A stretch of DNA of 64,000 nt from Azolla caroliniana (GCA_043228905.1 JBHGNT010000020.1:12152001-12216000); one strand, 5' to 3'; numbered from the stretch's first letter, positions 50,763-63,347 are shown. A program made the numbers and translations. The notes: generated from the letters alone by a model not told the origin.

Positions 50763-53700
50763 TCAGGACTTTCGCCACAATACTTCAAAATTTGCACCTG
50801 TTCCAAGCGGCGCAAGCTTTCCCCAGCAAATTGATGGCAATGTACCAGATAAGTCATCACGTTTCCCTTGCACAGCTGCTTCCTGGATATGCTTCACCGG
50901 ATTCTGCAACAAAAAATGGAAATTTTAGAAATGTCACAACCATAAAATGCTGTCAAAATGATGACCATCATGCATCAAAAACCACCTTGAAAAGACCATG
51001 TGTCATTGGGGCAGAGACATGTATTGCATTAATGAAATCACGCAATCCAGAATGTGTCAAACCAACAACCTTCCCAGCATGAGTCATCATATCGGCCACC
51101 AACAACACATGCTCCGGATAAATAGTCTTATCAAACATGCCCAAGATGGCCTTCAATCTCTGCATTTAAAACAACAAAAAGTGGCAATGCATATTTACTA
51201 GCTCAATTGCATGACTATTTCTTAAAGGGAATGAAAATCACCTGAAATATGAATTTTTGTGCAGCTTCAATGCCATAAATCTCAAAAATGCCCTGAACAC
51301 TACATGGCATGCTAAGTGACCAATCTATCAGATCTAAAACAGGAATGCATAGCTCCTTGACAATGAGCCATGCATCGCTCTTTTTCTTCACACAAGTATC
51401 CTTCAAGGTGATTTCAACAGCAACTTCTGAATCTCGGCAAGACTCTCTTTGCATAGATGTTGCCCATGTTTCTGATGACATGCCACTGGGTAGAATGGAT
51501 ATAGATTCCACACGTCTGTCACCTGCAAAATAAAGGTTTCTAGCAGCATGCAGTAACACATGACGAATCTTTTTCGAATAAAATTCATACGAAACTAGAT
51601 CTTTACAATCCAGACTCTCATTACTTAAGCGCAATGAAGCCCCTCAGTGCATTTGAAAGTTACATGAAGATGTTTTATAATGTCTAAGCATTATTCATTC
51701 CATGTTCTGCTTGTTATATTCGAAAAGTGAGCAATAAACACCAACATGCTTTACAAGGTGTCCTCTGTTGTACAAACTTTGACAGGACAGGGGACAAAAG
51801 GGCTTCAGGAGATCTAGAGGAGCACTCATAAAGTGATGGTATCAAAGGTGCTTCATGATGCTTGACATAAGAAAATAAAAACCCGATGAATCCAAAGAGA
51901 TCAACCACTCCATAGGTCTTCAGGCAAAAGGCCATTCTGCAATAACTATATAGACCTCAATCAATCAAGATCCTGGTTCAGTTACAATCTGGGAACGATT
52001 TCATCTCACATTACTTGACTTCATATCCAGAGATAGAGATGGTTGGTCACAAAATTTTACATAATAAGCTTAAACAAGATTCCATATGTTTGTGTCATTA
52101 CCTTTACAGATATATATTTAACTTCTTGCATAATGGATAAATTATAAATCTGGGTTTAGGGTTTATGGATACCAATTTTGTGACATACCCATAATGGTGA
52201 TTTCCCTTATGGAAGGAATAATATTATCCCTGATATCTGATAGAGGATCTTCAACAGAAGAAAGTTGACCATGGCTGATGCAAAAGCTTATGCAGGCAGA
52301 TCCCAGCAAATATCTCGAGTCTGGACAACTGCTATCACATTGATCTCTGCTCAAGAGAAATTCAGTCATTTGGCATGAGAACAAGAAAAAATATAGAAAA
52401 CGACCACTAATCTTATTGTCTCTTAGATTACCTGGAGTGGAAGGATAAACCTTCACACTGATGGTTCCTTTTCAGTTTCTGAACTACCCCTTTAACTGTT
52501 AGATTCCAGGTGGTCAACGCAACCTATAATAATTATTTATTAAGAATGAAGTTAACAATGTAGAAGCAAATGGATCTCATTTAATCTTACAAAACCATTT
52601 TGTCTAGCATGAAACTAATCCAAAGACACTAGCCTCGCTAAGTGATAGATGTACTATCCAAGGTGAATTCTTTGCAGGTAGAAGTCCTTCCCAGAATTCT
52701 GAATCTCCTGCATAGCTGTGTAACATATATGATGGTAGTTTAAAGAAGAGAATCACAGCACATCATTAAGAACTATGTTAGCAAACATACATGACTGAAG
52801 TTGATATAAGCAACATATCAAGGTCAACATGTCTCAATATCTTCTGAATGTGGATGGCTGATTTCTCTTTTGAGGAGACATGAAGAGACTCCGACATGAA
52901 TAAAATCACTTTCCGGTCATTTTTCTTCAATACTTTTTGACAGTACAAGGTATCCTACACAGGAACGCATATTGCTTAAGTATTCAAGAATAACATTCAG
53001 AATCTGGGGAATCACGTTCACCACGAATACCTGCAAATACTCAAGTGGACAAGAATTGGTGTTATTGGCTGAAACTTTAGCAGATTCCAATAATGCTTCA
53101 TAAGCTGGTTGTGCAATAGCCATTGCAGCTAGTATCCCAACTGGTTCTCCAGCTAAATATTTAGGATCTTTCTGTGTATTCTTTACTTTGTTGTCTTCCT
53201 TGCACGCTTGCAAACCTCCATATAAAAACTGAATTACGTGGTTATTATGATGGTTCCTGACTGTACCATCATAATAGATGTGAACATCGCGACCAAAGAG
53301 CATCAGGTTCTTGAAAAGAACACCCGGCTCACTAACTCTCAATGCTTGATATATCGCAGAGTCCCGGAATGATATTGTTTGCATCATGAACTCATGAGGG
53401 GTGAGTCCTTCAACAAATGAATTCTCAACTAATCTGTCTCTCTCTGAGATAAGCTTGTGTTTGCCTCTGAGAGACTGAAACCCTACACAGCCAAATTGCT
53501 CCACAAACTTCTTCACTGAACCCTTGGATCCAGCAGCAACCATTTTCATCATTGAATTGTCTTCAGGAACATACTTGAGTATCACATCTTGGATCCCCGA
53601 GATCAGTTCCTGCATGTATTGAATCCGAAGCTCTTCAAAACTTGGAGACTGCATTCCAAATTTTCTTATATGACCATTGATAGATTCCTCTTGTATAGAG

Positions 53701-56700
53701 GTTAGGCAATTCAAAGAGTGAATTTTAGAATTTGAACGATATTCAAATTCATCAAAGTTCTTCCTGATTTCATTTTTCATGGCACCTCTAGTTTTTGAAT
53801 TACATGTTTCATACACATCACGAAGGCCTGTACTAAAGCCTACCTGTGACAGCCATAGGGTGAGCATTATTTGACAAGAACTCAAATAATTCAAGGCCAC
53901 ATGACATCCATATCTCTTAACAATGGATCGAAGAAGACCATTTGAATTTCCCAGCCATCCTACCTGGCCTCTTGACTCTAAGATTTCACTTCCTGATATC
54001 AAAACACCTGGTTCACTATAGTCAAATCCTTGTGGAAGTGGAAGCTGGTAAAACTGACTGCCGGTAAAGAATGCCCCTTTTGGTGACTTAATTATTGCTG
54101 GTTTTGGCATCCAAGAATCACTCCATAAACATCCTTGTTCCATAGTTTCTTTCTTTATTAGAACTTGGGAGCTTGTTAGTTTATGGGCTGCAAGCAGTGA
54201 ATCTTGTGTAAGTCCAAATGTGCAAACTCCCCCATGTGAGGTTAGCATCTGGTTTTCAGCCATCGTGAGATGAACTTCTGCTCGAGACTCCATTGATTGT
54301 GGAACAAAAACAGCTAGACAATCTCCATCAAAATCAGCTCCCATTGGTGGACATATAAGGGGATTTATGGCAAACGTTGGAATGTCCAATATACGCACTT
54401 TTAACCCTATTAAAGAATGTTTATGGACAGAGGGTGGACGATTACAGAAGACTAAATCCCCATCTTTGATTGGACGTGCAACTTCATCACCAATTTCCAC
54501 ATTATAAACTTCACACTGTGTCAAATCTGTTTTAATACCACTGCGAATGTACATCAATGCTCTAAAGTAACCATGTACTTGATTATACTCGTTTTTCATA
54601 TTCTCGAAATTATGTCGAGTGACAGTTTCCCAAACTGTCAAGCCTTTGGATACCTCAATAGGGATGCCTATCTCGTCCAATGATAGAAAAGCATCACCTG
54701 TCAAAACAGCTCTAGCTGAAAAACTGCAAACTTTTGCTACAATTAAATCATGCAATTTGTTTGTGCAAGATGATTTTCTAATCTCCTTCTTTGATTGCCC
54801 TCGACTGGCATATTCAGACACCGGCTCTTTATTACCTCTGACCTGAAATGATAACTCTATCATGAATAGGTTTGTTTTATCACTATATGCACAAATGGAG
54901 GCATATATGATTTCATGTTTAAGAAAACATTATCACATTAAAATGGTTAATAAGTTCAATATGAAATGGGTTTTCATTTCAAGATAAAAGTTACAAATTT
55001 CAGTAATCTACTTCTATGACGGCTACTAGATTATGATGTCCAGATATTGGGTTTACATCAATGGAACTTTACCTTGGGTGCACCTTTCAGTCGGAAATAG
55101 TGAGAAATGAGAGATTGCATTTTTTCAATCGAAATCATTCTTGCCATTTTACGATCCTGACTGTGTTTGAATCGTAAAATTGTCCTGAGCTTTTTCGTTA
55201 TTTCATCCTGAATTATACACATGAACTCTTAATGAACCAAAATGTATTTCCTTATCTTAACCATTAACATATCAGAAAAGTCTATCATCTCTTCATATAC
55301 CTAAAGACAGAATAAACGGTTTAATAAAAAAATAGCTTACTGATCCAAATTTCCATTGAGATACTCCTGGCTTCTCAGGAATACGATTACAGTTGGGTGG
55401 GATCAGGATTGATTCAAGGACTAATCCTTCTGGTCGAGCAATTTTGCTGTCTATTTTCATGCCTGTAACTACTTGATCAGAAACCTTCTTGAGAATTTTC
55501 AAAGCCTGGAAACCAGAAAAATATCATACATTCTCAAAAATGTTTGAGTTCTTGATGCACTTACAGAAGACAAATATCTCTCATTAACATTATGCACATT
55601 TATAAAAAAATTCCCATTAATCTAGTAAGACAAGTATGCCATTAATATTGTGTTCATTTATACTTCCATGCAATTTCCAATTAATTCTAGTAAGACAAAT
55701 ATGTTGTTAAACCTTTGCTCGTTTCTATTTCAATGTAATTTCCCATTAATTCTGGAGTAATGTTTCTGCATAGAAATATGCTTTGCACCAAATATATCAA
55801 TAGTATCTGGTTCACAGGGATTACTGGGGAAAAAAGCCTTATCTGGCAGCTTCAATGCTCCTTTGCTATGAGTCCAGTAAACAATACACCTCTCGCTAAA
55901 TCCAAGGCATAAATTATCGAATCTAAGGCCTCTCTTCAGAATGTCAAAATTTGATATAGTCTCAAGAAATACACCGATTCATCACAACATTGTAACAATT
56001 ATCAAACTATGAAAGTATACCATTACAATGCAATAATGGTTTCTTCCTTCATAGATGAGCATAGTTTATTGAGCATTGCCCATACACCCAATAAGCAGTT
56101 AATGATCTAATTCCATATACAATTATCAAACTATGAAAGTATACCATTACAATGCAATAATGGTTTCTTCCTTCATAGATGAGCATAGTTTATAGAGCAT
56201 TGCCCATACACCCATATACAAAATTCCCATTGATGACTAAAGCTTAGTGTATGCTGATCATAATGTAATTTCATATAACACAAATAATGTTGTTATCATC
56301 CTAGGAAGCAAGAAGGTATGAAAGAAAGCTCTTTGCTGATATTTTAAAGGATTTGCATATGAGCTACCATAGTATAGATGACAAGTACTCTTCAGATACA
56401 AGAGTAGTCGTAACCTACTCATTGCTGGGCCTAATTTCATTGTATATTTTTTGCCATGCAGGTGTTCTATACAAGAATGAATGCAAACTAATTACATATT
56501 TAGGAAACTTGAGTAATAAAAAATTTATTGTGCTTGCGAGCTCACAGTTTCTGGGCTTGAGTGCTTTGAGTAATATACCTCAGAAGGTAGTAAATATTCT
56601 TTCCCAGTATCGAAGTCCTCAGGTTCTTTCCCAAGGTTCTTCAAGTAATCTCTAACTGAAGGATCTTCCTCATCAAACTCAACATATACTTTCTCAACCA

Positions 56701-59234
56701 CAGTATTGTTTCTTTGGTTGTCTGTGAGAACACTCCGTTCCAATTTAATAGAAACTTTCGGATATGTTCCTTGCTGTTAGGGGTAGCAAATGAGGAGGTA
56801 GGAAGAAGGAAAAAGAATAAAGCTTACTGAGCATGGGATCTACATTTTCTCTGAGAAATTTCAACTGGTGACAAAGGCACGTAGTTTATACCTTGCAGTA
56901 CTTGCATTTACTTTTCCCAGCATCTGCAACATTGTTTGCATTTGCAGGCTTCTGTTTATTCAGGAGTCAAACAATTTTAAAGCTTCAGATCAAGGATTTG
57001 GACAAGAGTATTTGTAAGTTCTCACCTGTGAAGAATTTTGCCTCCCCGATTCAACATTGTTTCTTTGGCCTCCATTAACAGTCTGTCTCAAAGTTGACTT
57101 ATTTAAGGGCGGTATCGTGTTTTCCTCCTCGTCACTGGACAGATCAATCACAACTTTACTAGAGGACTTCTGAAATTTTCCGGGAACATTTTGGGATGGC
57201 TCACTACATTCTGATATTTGAGGAAGAGGAACCAGCGCGAGTTGATCAGAATTCATAATGAACTCCTTATCATCTATCATTAACATATCACTATTTTCTG
57301 CTGGTTCCTGAAGAACAATAACTTATGACCTTGTCAAGTAAATGGAAAAAGAATATACCAAAATAACAATATTAAACTTACTCTAGCATTTATGATTTTT
57401 TGAAATCCATGCTTATCTATTTCCAACATATTAAATTTAGCAAAAATATTGTATCTCAATGCAAAATTATATTTGATTTTAAAGGCAGGATTTCAATAGT
57501 GGGAAAACTGGAAAGTCTTCATGCTACAGTCTACTTGTATGTGATTTCTCTTTCCTATAGTTTTCACTTTCCAAAGCTTTCAGAATCACTTGAAGAGTCA
57601 ACATGAAAATGATATAAATTAAAGAGTTAAAAAAGTTATTGCATGTTTTACCATTTTGGGTCGGCAGATGATTGCTGAGCAGGTTGAAGGAGCAGAATGT
57701 ACGATTGTACCTTTCCCTTTCATGGGAGGAGAATTATGTTTCCTCATCTTTGGCTTTTCATCAATATCACAATCCATAGAATCATCAATCATTTCCATGA
57801 ATACTTCCATCCCTTTTGGTGATTTTTTCTGCGATAATCCATTTCTTAAATATGTAAAGTTAAGTAGAACTTACATTGCATTTTATTCAGGCCACGGCTT
57901 TCTTTTCTTGCACCCTATTTTAAGAAGTTATTCAGGTTGCATGCATCATATTAGATTTTCCTAAATGGATCTTGGAAATCATCTAACTAAATAAATAAAA
58001 CACATTACCAATTATCAAAGTAAACATATAACATAAAAACTGAATCAGTTTGATATCAAGCTTCCAATACTTTACCATCTCAACCTTCAAAGAAAGACAG
58101 CTTAAGCACAGTCTGTTCAAAATCTTCACAACTTGAGACACATAATTTGGATGATAGACCGCATTTGTTAGCACAATGTGTCCAAAATGCCCTGGGATTA
58201 AAAAAGTTGTATTTTTTTAAGTGCACAATTTATCACTTACATGTGATGGAATTAGTGCTAGAAAAGCATACCTTCACATTTCATGGGATGGCTCTCTCCA
58301 CAGGATTTACACATGAACTCCTGATTAGGCAGACCAAGTCTGCTGTCATTGACTTCAAGCCGACATTCACCCTTCCTATCATAAACTGATATTTTCCTCT
58401 GATAAACAATGCACTTTGTCAAAATTTATTATTTTATTCTAGAATAATATCAACGCAAGGTCAGTTCCAAACAACAAAGAATTTGTTCTTTTAAAATGGC
58501 ATTCTCACAAACAAGGCCGGTTCCATACACCACAAGCACATTGGAAATTTTAACAACTCAAAGTAATAGGCTAGTGAATGCTATAAAAATTCCTAACCTC
58601 ACGCACAAGCATATTCTCTACTCAAAGACAATCCCTTACTAAAAGACCCCGCAACCAATCACAATGACTAGCTTAGCAATATAACCTTATTTTTCTCATC
58701 TACTTAGATGTTAAGCACCAAAAAACCTTCTTTTGAAGGACTAGTTAGATGTTGGCACCAAGCAAAACAATAAAGGAAATCTTTTTTTGCATTTAATTAG
58801 GTGTTAGAAATTCTTCCATACCTACAAAAATTCCTTTTTCCATCTACTTGGATGGTTTCAAACCATATCTACATAGCCTCCCTTTTTTTAATCAATTGAG
58901 ATGTTTTGCAATTACTTGTATGACTTACCAAACATATCGAGACATATAGAATTTGTAAATTGTAAGTTTTCAATAAGCTAGTTCTATGTAGAGAAACGCA
59001 TCCATCCTTTAACAGCTTTATGGCAAGACAGAGATGTTTGAAGGAAAACTAATCAATGAAGTCGTGTGAAATATCCCATCTTAATCTATTTATGTAAAAA
59101 AGAAAGAAAAAAAATCAGGGGTGAGCAAAGTCATTACTTACAACATGTTCAGTTGAAAGCAAACCAAAGTGAATGCCTGTCAGTTTTGCATGTGGATATA
59201 GCTCAACGCACCCTTTGGACAGATTAGAGTCCAT
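50763..59234 (-). CDS. DNA-directed RNA polymerase IV/V-type largest subunit (NRPD1/NRPE1-like, ~1417 aa, 17 exons), no visible CTD
   Basis: Exons: 59234-59142, 58398-58272, 58191-58076, 57828-57652, 57307-57026, 56951-56892, 56773-56579, 55505-55341, 55207-55073, 54842-53031, 52954-52791, 52715-52634, 52523-52432, 52346-52189, 51522-51242, 51159-50986, 50903-50763. They total 4254 nt with consistent phases. Motifs: DSRLGLPN..CKSC..CEGHFG, CLSC/CKYC, NRPPSVHKHSL, PPMGADFDGD, AGSKGS, EPGVLFKNLM..YDGTVRN, a short IQFLYG-to-AGEPVG segment (foot deletion typical of Pol IV/V), YGIEAA, LVADMMT, WGKLAPLGTGANFEVLW. Confidence 0.93.
55995..56213. repeat. ~124-bp-period near-perfect tandem duplication in a polymerase-gene intron
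   Basis: ACAATTATCAAACTATGAAAGTATACC...GAGCATTGCCCATACACCC occurs at ~55995 and ~56119. Confidence 0.9.
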
Positions 59235-59573
59235 GAATTATCCTGCAAAAAAAAATTTAAGTCATTCCTTTAGAAAGAAGTCAAACACAAAAAATGAAAC
59301 AATATGGGATGCAACATGTGGACATGGCCATGAGATATATACGAAGGTCATAGAAGAAATGAGAGAAGTACGTTGAAGACTTGGTTTCTTGGAGCGATAG
59401 ACGGATTAGGGTTACAAACAGTAGGAAAAAGGAAGAGGTATATATGTAAAGATGGATGATGCATTTAAAAAAACAGGGGGGGAAGAAGAAGAGAACAGGG
59501 GGATAAAAAACTTTACCTATATGGGGAAATTAATGTGGGGTTATATGCTGCTACCTGAATCTGTACATGACCG

Positions 59574-59608
59574 AGGGTTTAGGGTTTAGGGGTTAGGGGT
59601 TAGGGTTT
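59574..59608 (-). promoter_or_regulatory. Short telomere-like/telo-box run near the putative transcription start of the polymerase gene
   Basis: AGGGTTTAGGGTTTAGGGGTTAGGGGTTAGGGTTT on the + strand. Confidence 0.6.
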
Positions 59609-59754
59609 CAGGGGATTGATGAGGGAACACAGAGAAGAACAGAGGAGTGGGGAAGAATGGTGTCCCTCTTGTTAGGGGCATTTTTTGCATGTTAAGGAGT
59701 TGGGGTGCAAAGAGTGAGTGCCAACTTCATCACAAAGCAAACAACACTTCTCTC

Positions 59755-60095
59755 TGGCATCTCATATCTGGTCCGCCAGTTCGGATGGTATCTCATATCT
59801 GGTTCGGCAGTTCGGAGAAGACACGTTTTGTCGGTTAGACGGCATATTTCATGAGTCAAGCAGTCATGGTATCTCATATCTGACCTAGTTCGGAGAAGAC
59901 ATGATTTGTCGGTTAGACGGCATATCTCATATCTGGTCCAGCAGTTTGGATGGTATCTCATATTTGGTCCAGTTCGGAGAAGACATGTTTTGTTGGTTAG
60001 ACGGCATATCTCATATCTAGTCCAATGGTTCGGATGGTATCTCATATTTGGTCCAGTTTGGAGAAGACATGTTCTGTTGGTTAGACGGCATATAT
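59755..60095. repeat. ~84-bp minisatellite (~4 units, with internal sub-repeats)
   Basis: GGTTAGACGGCATAT occurs at 59833, 59911, 59995 and 60079. TATCTCATAT.TGGT recurs within the units. Confidence 0.9.
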
Positions 60096-60229
60096 TCAAT
60101 ACATGTGTCAACATGGCATTACTCCAGAAGTTTCTTCCTAAGTTCTAGGTTAAACCTATTGGGGCTGGGGGGACTATCATGGAAAATACTACTTCATGTA
60201 GAGTGGTTACTCGCGCATTGAGCCTTGTC

Positions 60230-61850
60230 TGTTGCCACATACATGACTGCAGAAGATGGGCGTATCCTCTAGTTGTGCTCACTTTCTTTTACAAGCTGAA
60301 ACTTCGAAACATTTTACCTATGGGACTGCATTGAGTCTCAATTGGCCTAGCAACACCTCCTTAGAATATTCACTATCTACTTTCCCCCATCGGTATTCAC
60401 ATTGGGAATGGTGGTTTGGACATCACTTGTTGGTACTATTTTCCATTGCAATGTTGAATCTATGGACCATGGTTTTCACACTAACTCAATAAGTGTTTGT
60501 GTATTTCCATTAGTGTCTTTGCAGTTTCTAGGGATCAGGAAGGAGGTGCTCCCATTATGGGAGATATTGAGTAGTACTACTACATATAACATTTGGAAGG
60601 CTCGGATGCTCTCTCGTTTTTCATCAAGTTAGAGCCTCACCAACTAGATTGGTAAATAATATTTGGTTGGACATGGTTCCTACTTTGAAGGGTCAATGGG
60701 ATTGTATTATTGGAGATTTCGACGATAAAGTTGCGCACCGCCATCAGTTTCTTACTTTGTAAAAAGCTACTCTACTTATGTCCTCGAAGAATGACACTCT
60801 TTTTTGTCACATTCAGCCACTAAGGTGGTTGTTCCTTCCGTTGATCATTTAGGAATCAAACTTTGTAAATTGTTTACTACTACTAAATGGATATCTTTTT
60901 GAGAAAAAAAACACTTCTCGGGTATCTCTTCTCCACACAAATACAAGCACTCACTCATATCAACAAAACAACATTACTTGTGTTTTATGTATTGGGGGAA
61001 ATAAGATGCATGACGGGGGGGGGGGGGGGTGGGGGTCAGGGTTATAAAAACTTTCATGAATGTCTTTATTTCAATATTTTTCCTTTTGGACGACTTCATT
61101 CCATCTTTATGGAAGACGATGTTGTAAGTTGAGGGAGTATGTTGACTATTCTTATATTGTGGAAGAATGGTAAATATTAAAAAGTGGATGTTGAATCTAC
61201 ATCCAAATGATATAAATAGTTTATTTGAATCGCGGGTTTACGAGAATAAGCCCATTGATCATCTTTTGTGGGATTCAGGTGAGTGGAAGTGGCAAATCAT
61301 ATCAGCACAAGGAATACTAGGTAAGCAAATCCCTTTTTTTTAGTACTCAGTAAAAATGGGTAGAGAATTGTTGAGGGGTTTGGCTATTGTGCCAACATCT
61401 TATAAATTTTGGACATTGGGTAATGTACAAAACTCTTGGTTGGGTGCTTATTGGAAATTGCTACGGACCATGCAAATTCTTAGAAAAATTATATTGTTTA
61501 GATGGTTGTTTGTACATTATGGGATTCATGTGAAGTCATGGATGTGGGGCATCACCTTGATTAAAAATGTGATAGTTGTGCTTTTCCCATTGAATCGGTT
61601 TACCATGTCTTATGGGTATGTCTTATTGCTAAACTAGTTTGGAAAAGAATGTTCAGAAAATTGTATCCTGCTTATGGTAAACAAGTGTACGCGTGGGGTT
61701 TTGTGAGATGGGGAAGGCTAGCTGAAGAAATACAAAATTATGAAAAGGAGTGTGTTGATTTTCTTCTCCTCTCCAATGGAAACCAAGTATTGAATGTCTC
61801 TTATACTACAACAACCCATTGTTTGGTAGAGGACCAACAAACCTTTAAAC
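60230..61850 (+). mobile_element. Degraded L1/Tx1-like LINE remnants (zf-RVT and 3' regions)
   Basis: Trp-rich fragments LWEILSSTTTYNIWKAR (~60555-60605) and ILFRWLFVHYGI..CDSCAFPIESVYHVLWVCLIAKLVW (~61490-61645, read across frameshifts). Confidence 0.55.
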
Positions 61851-62844
61851 TTATAAACCGATTACCTTGAGTTTTAGAACCAAACCGAATTGAACCGTTT
61901 ATTATAAATCTAAACCAAACCAAACCATTAAAATTTTGGGGGAACCAATAAACTATTAAACCATGGCTTACCGATTCAATTCGATTTGAGCTGAAATTGG
62001 GCCCATTATTAGTGCCAATACACAACATGAATATGGATGGATATATATTACATGCATGTGTTTGGCATGTTGAAGTATGATGGCCAATGACGATACAGAA
62101 GGATACAAACTTCCATTACAAGTGGATGTCGCAACTTGCCAAATGTTGGGGCAACAAACTGAGAGGACGAGGATACCTCTTCTTCAACCAATATTGTTAT
62201 CATATCCATTCTAAAAATGGGGTATTGGCTTTGTCTAAGCTTCCAACCTAATAGTGATATGTACAAGTAACAAATACCTCCTAGTAATAGCTTACCATTA
62301 TACTGAATTAGTGGAATCAAAGGCAGTAAAGCCATGTAAACATTCTATCCTCATTATGAGCTCACTAACATGAACCCAATATAATAGAAATGTAAATATT
62401 TGCATCCTCCTCTTAAATAATTGTAAATTTATGTTCTTTTCTTGTCATATCCTAGTATATGCTTGGATGAAAAGGAATCTCACGGGGTTCTACAAACAAC
62501 CAATACTCCTTGAAAGATTCCATTGTGGTATATTCAGAATATTTGTTTTAGTACTAATTAGTGCATCTAAAATAATGGAGTTTCCATGTTTATATTGCTA
62601 ATAGACAACGATAATAATCCTATTTTATAGAGCTTTTCATCAATATTTTGGCTAGAGGATTATATAGTAAGCTGAATAGCTTCTTATTGATGTGGCTTGG
62701 ACTCTAGCTCTATGATATTGGTATAAAGTCTCTTCTTTTCTATTATGGAAGCCTTGGTAAATGGCAACAACTCTAATTGTCTCAAGGTTAGTGAAAATTC
62801 TTATCATAGTGTTTTACCTTTATATTTTAACCCTCCCTAATAAT

Positions 62845-63347
62845 TAACAATCGGCAATGGTTCGGTTCGGTTTGAGAGGGTCCAAACTGAACCGGTTTGG
62901 AACCGAAGCGTTTAAATTTTTTGAAACCTGAACCAAACCAAACCAAACCGCAAAACTATTAAACCGAACCGGTAAACATTTTTCAAACCGTTACACCATT
63001 AAACCGTAAAAACCGCGATTTCGTGGTTCGGTTTCGGTTTTCAACATAGGTCAAAATTTTTATTTTTTAAAATTTAAAAAATTTAAAAGATGTTCCTAAA
63101 ATGTGAGAATAAGGTCTAAAAATGAAAAGATTCTTTAAAAACGATTTATTATTATTATTATTATTTTTCAATTTTTACAATTTAAAAAAATAAATAAATA
63201 ACCGTTAAACCGTGGTTTTTGACTGCTGAAACCAAACCGAATTGTTTTAAAAAACCCAAACCTGAACCGAACCGTTGAAACTGTTAAGTCATTAAACCAT
63301 AGTTCCGTGGTTCGGTTCGGTTCAAACCGAACCGTTGCCGATTGTTA
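62845..63347. mobile_element. hAT-type MITE (503 bp) with intact termini
   Basis: TIRs TAACAATCGGCAATGGTTCGGTT / AACCGAACCGTTGCCGATTGTTA (23 bp, 1 mismatch). Perfect 8-bp TSD CTAATAAT at 62837-62844 and 63348-63355. Dense AACCG/CGGTT subterminal motifs. Confidence 0.93.

Noticed and set aside
57875-57914. Possible extra micro-exon (AG...GTAAGT) in the polymerase gene
   Set aside because: It would leave an intron of under 50 nt and break the phase. The model closes without it.
59574-59608. Interstitial telomere or chromosome-fusion scar
   Set aside because: Only about five imperfect units at a gene 5' end, better explained as telo-boxes.
59692-60148. Repetitive 28-aa-unit ORF (RYHP..WTRYEICRLT)
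   Set aside because: It follows from an 84-bp repeat unit divisible by three. There is no splice or homology evidence for coding.
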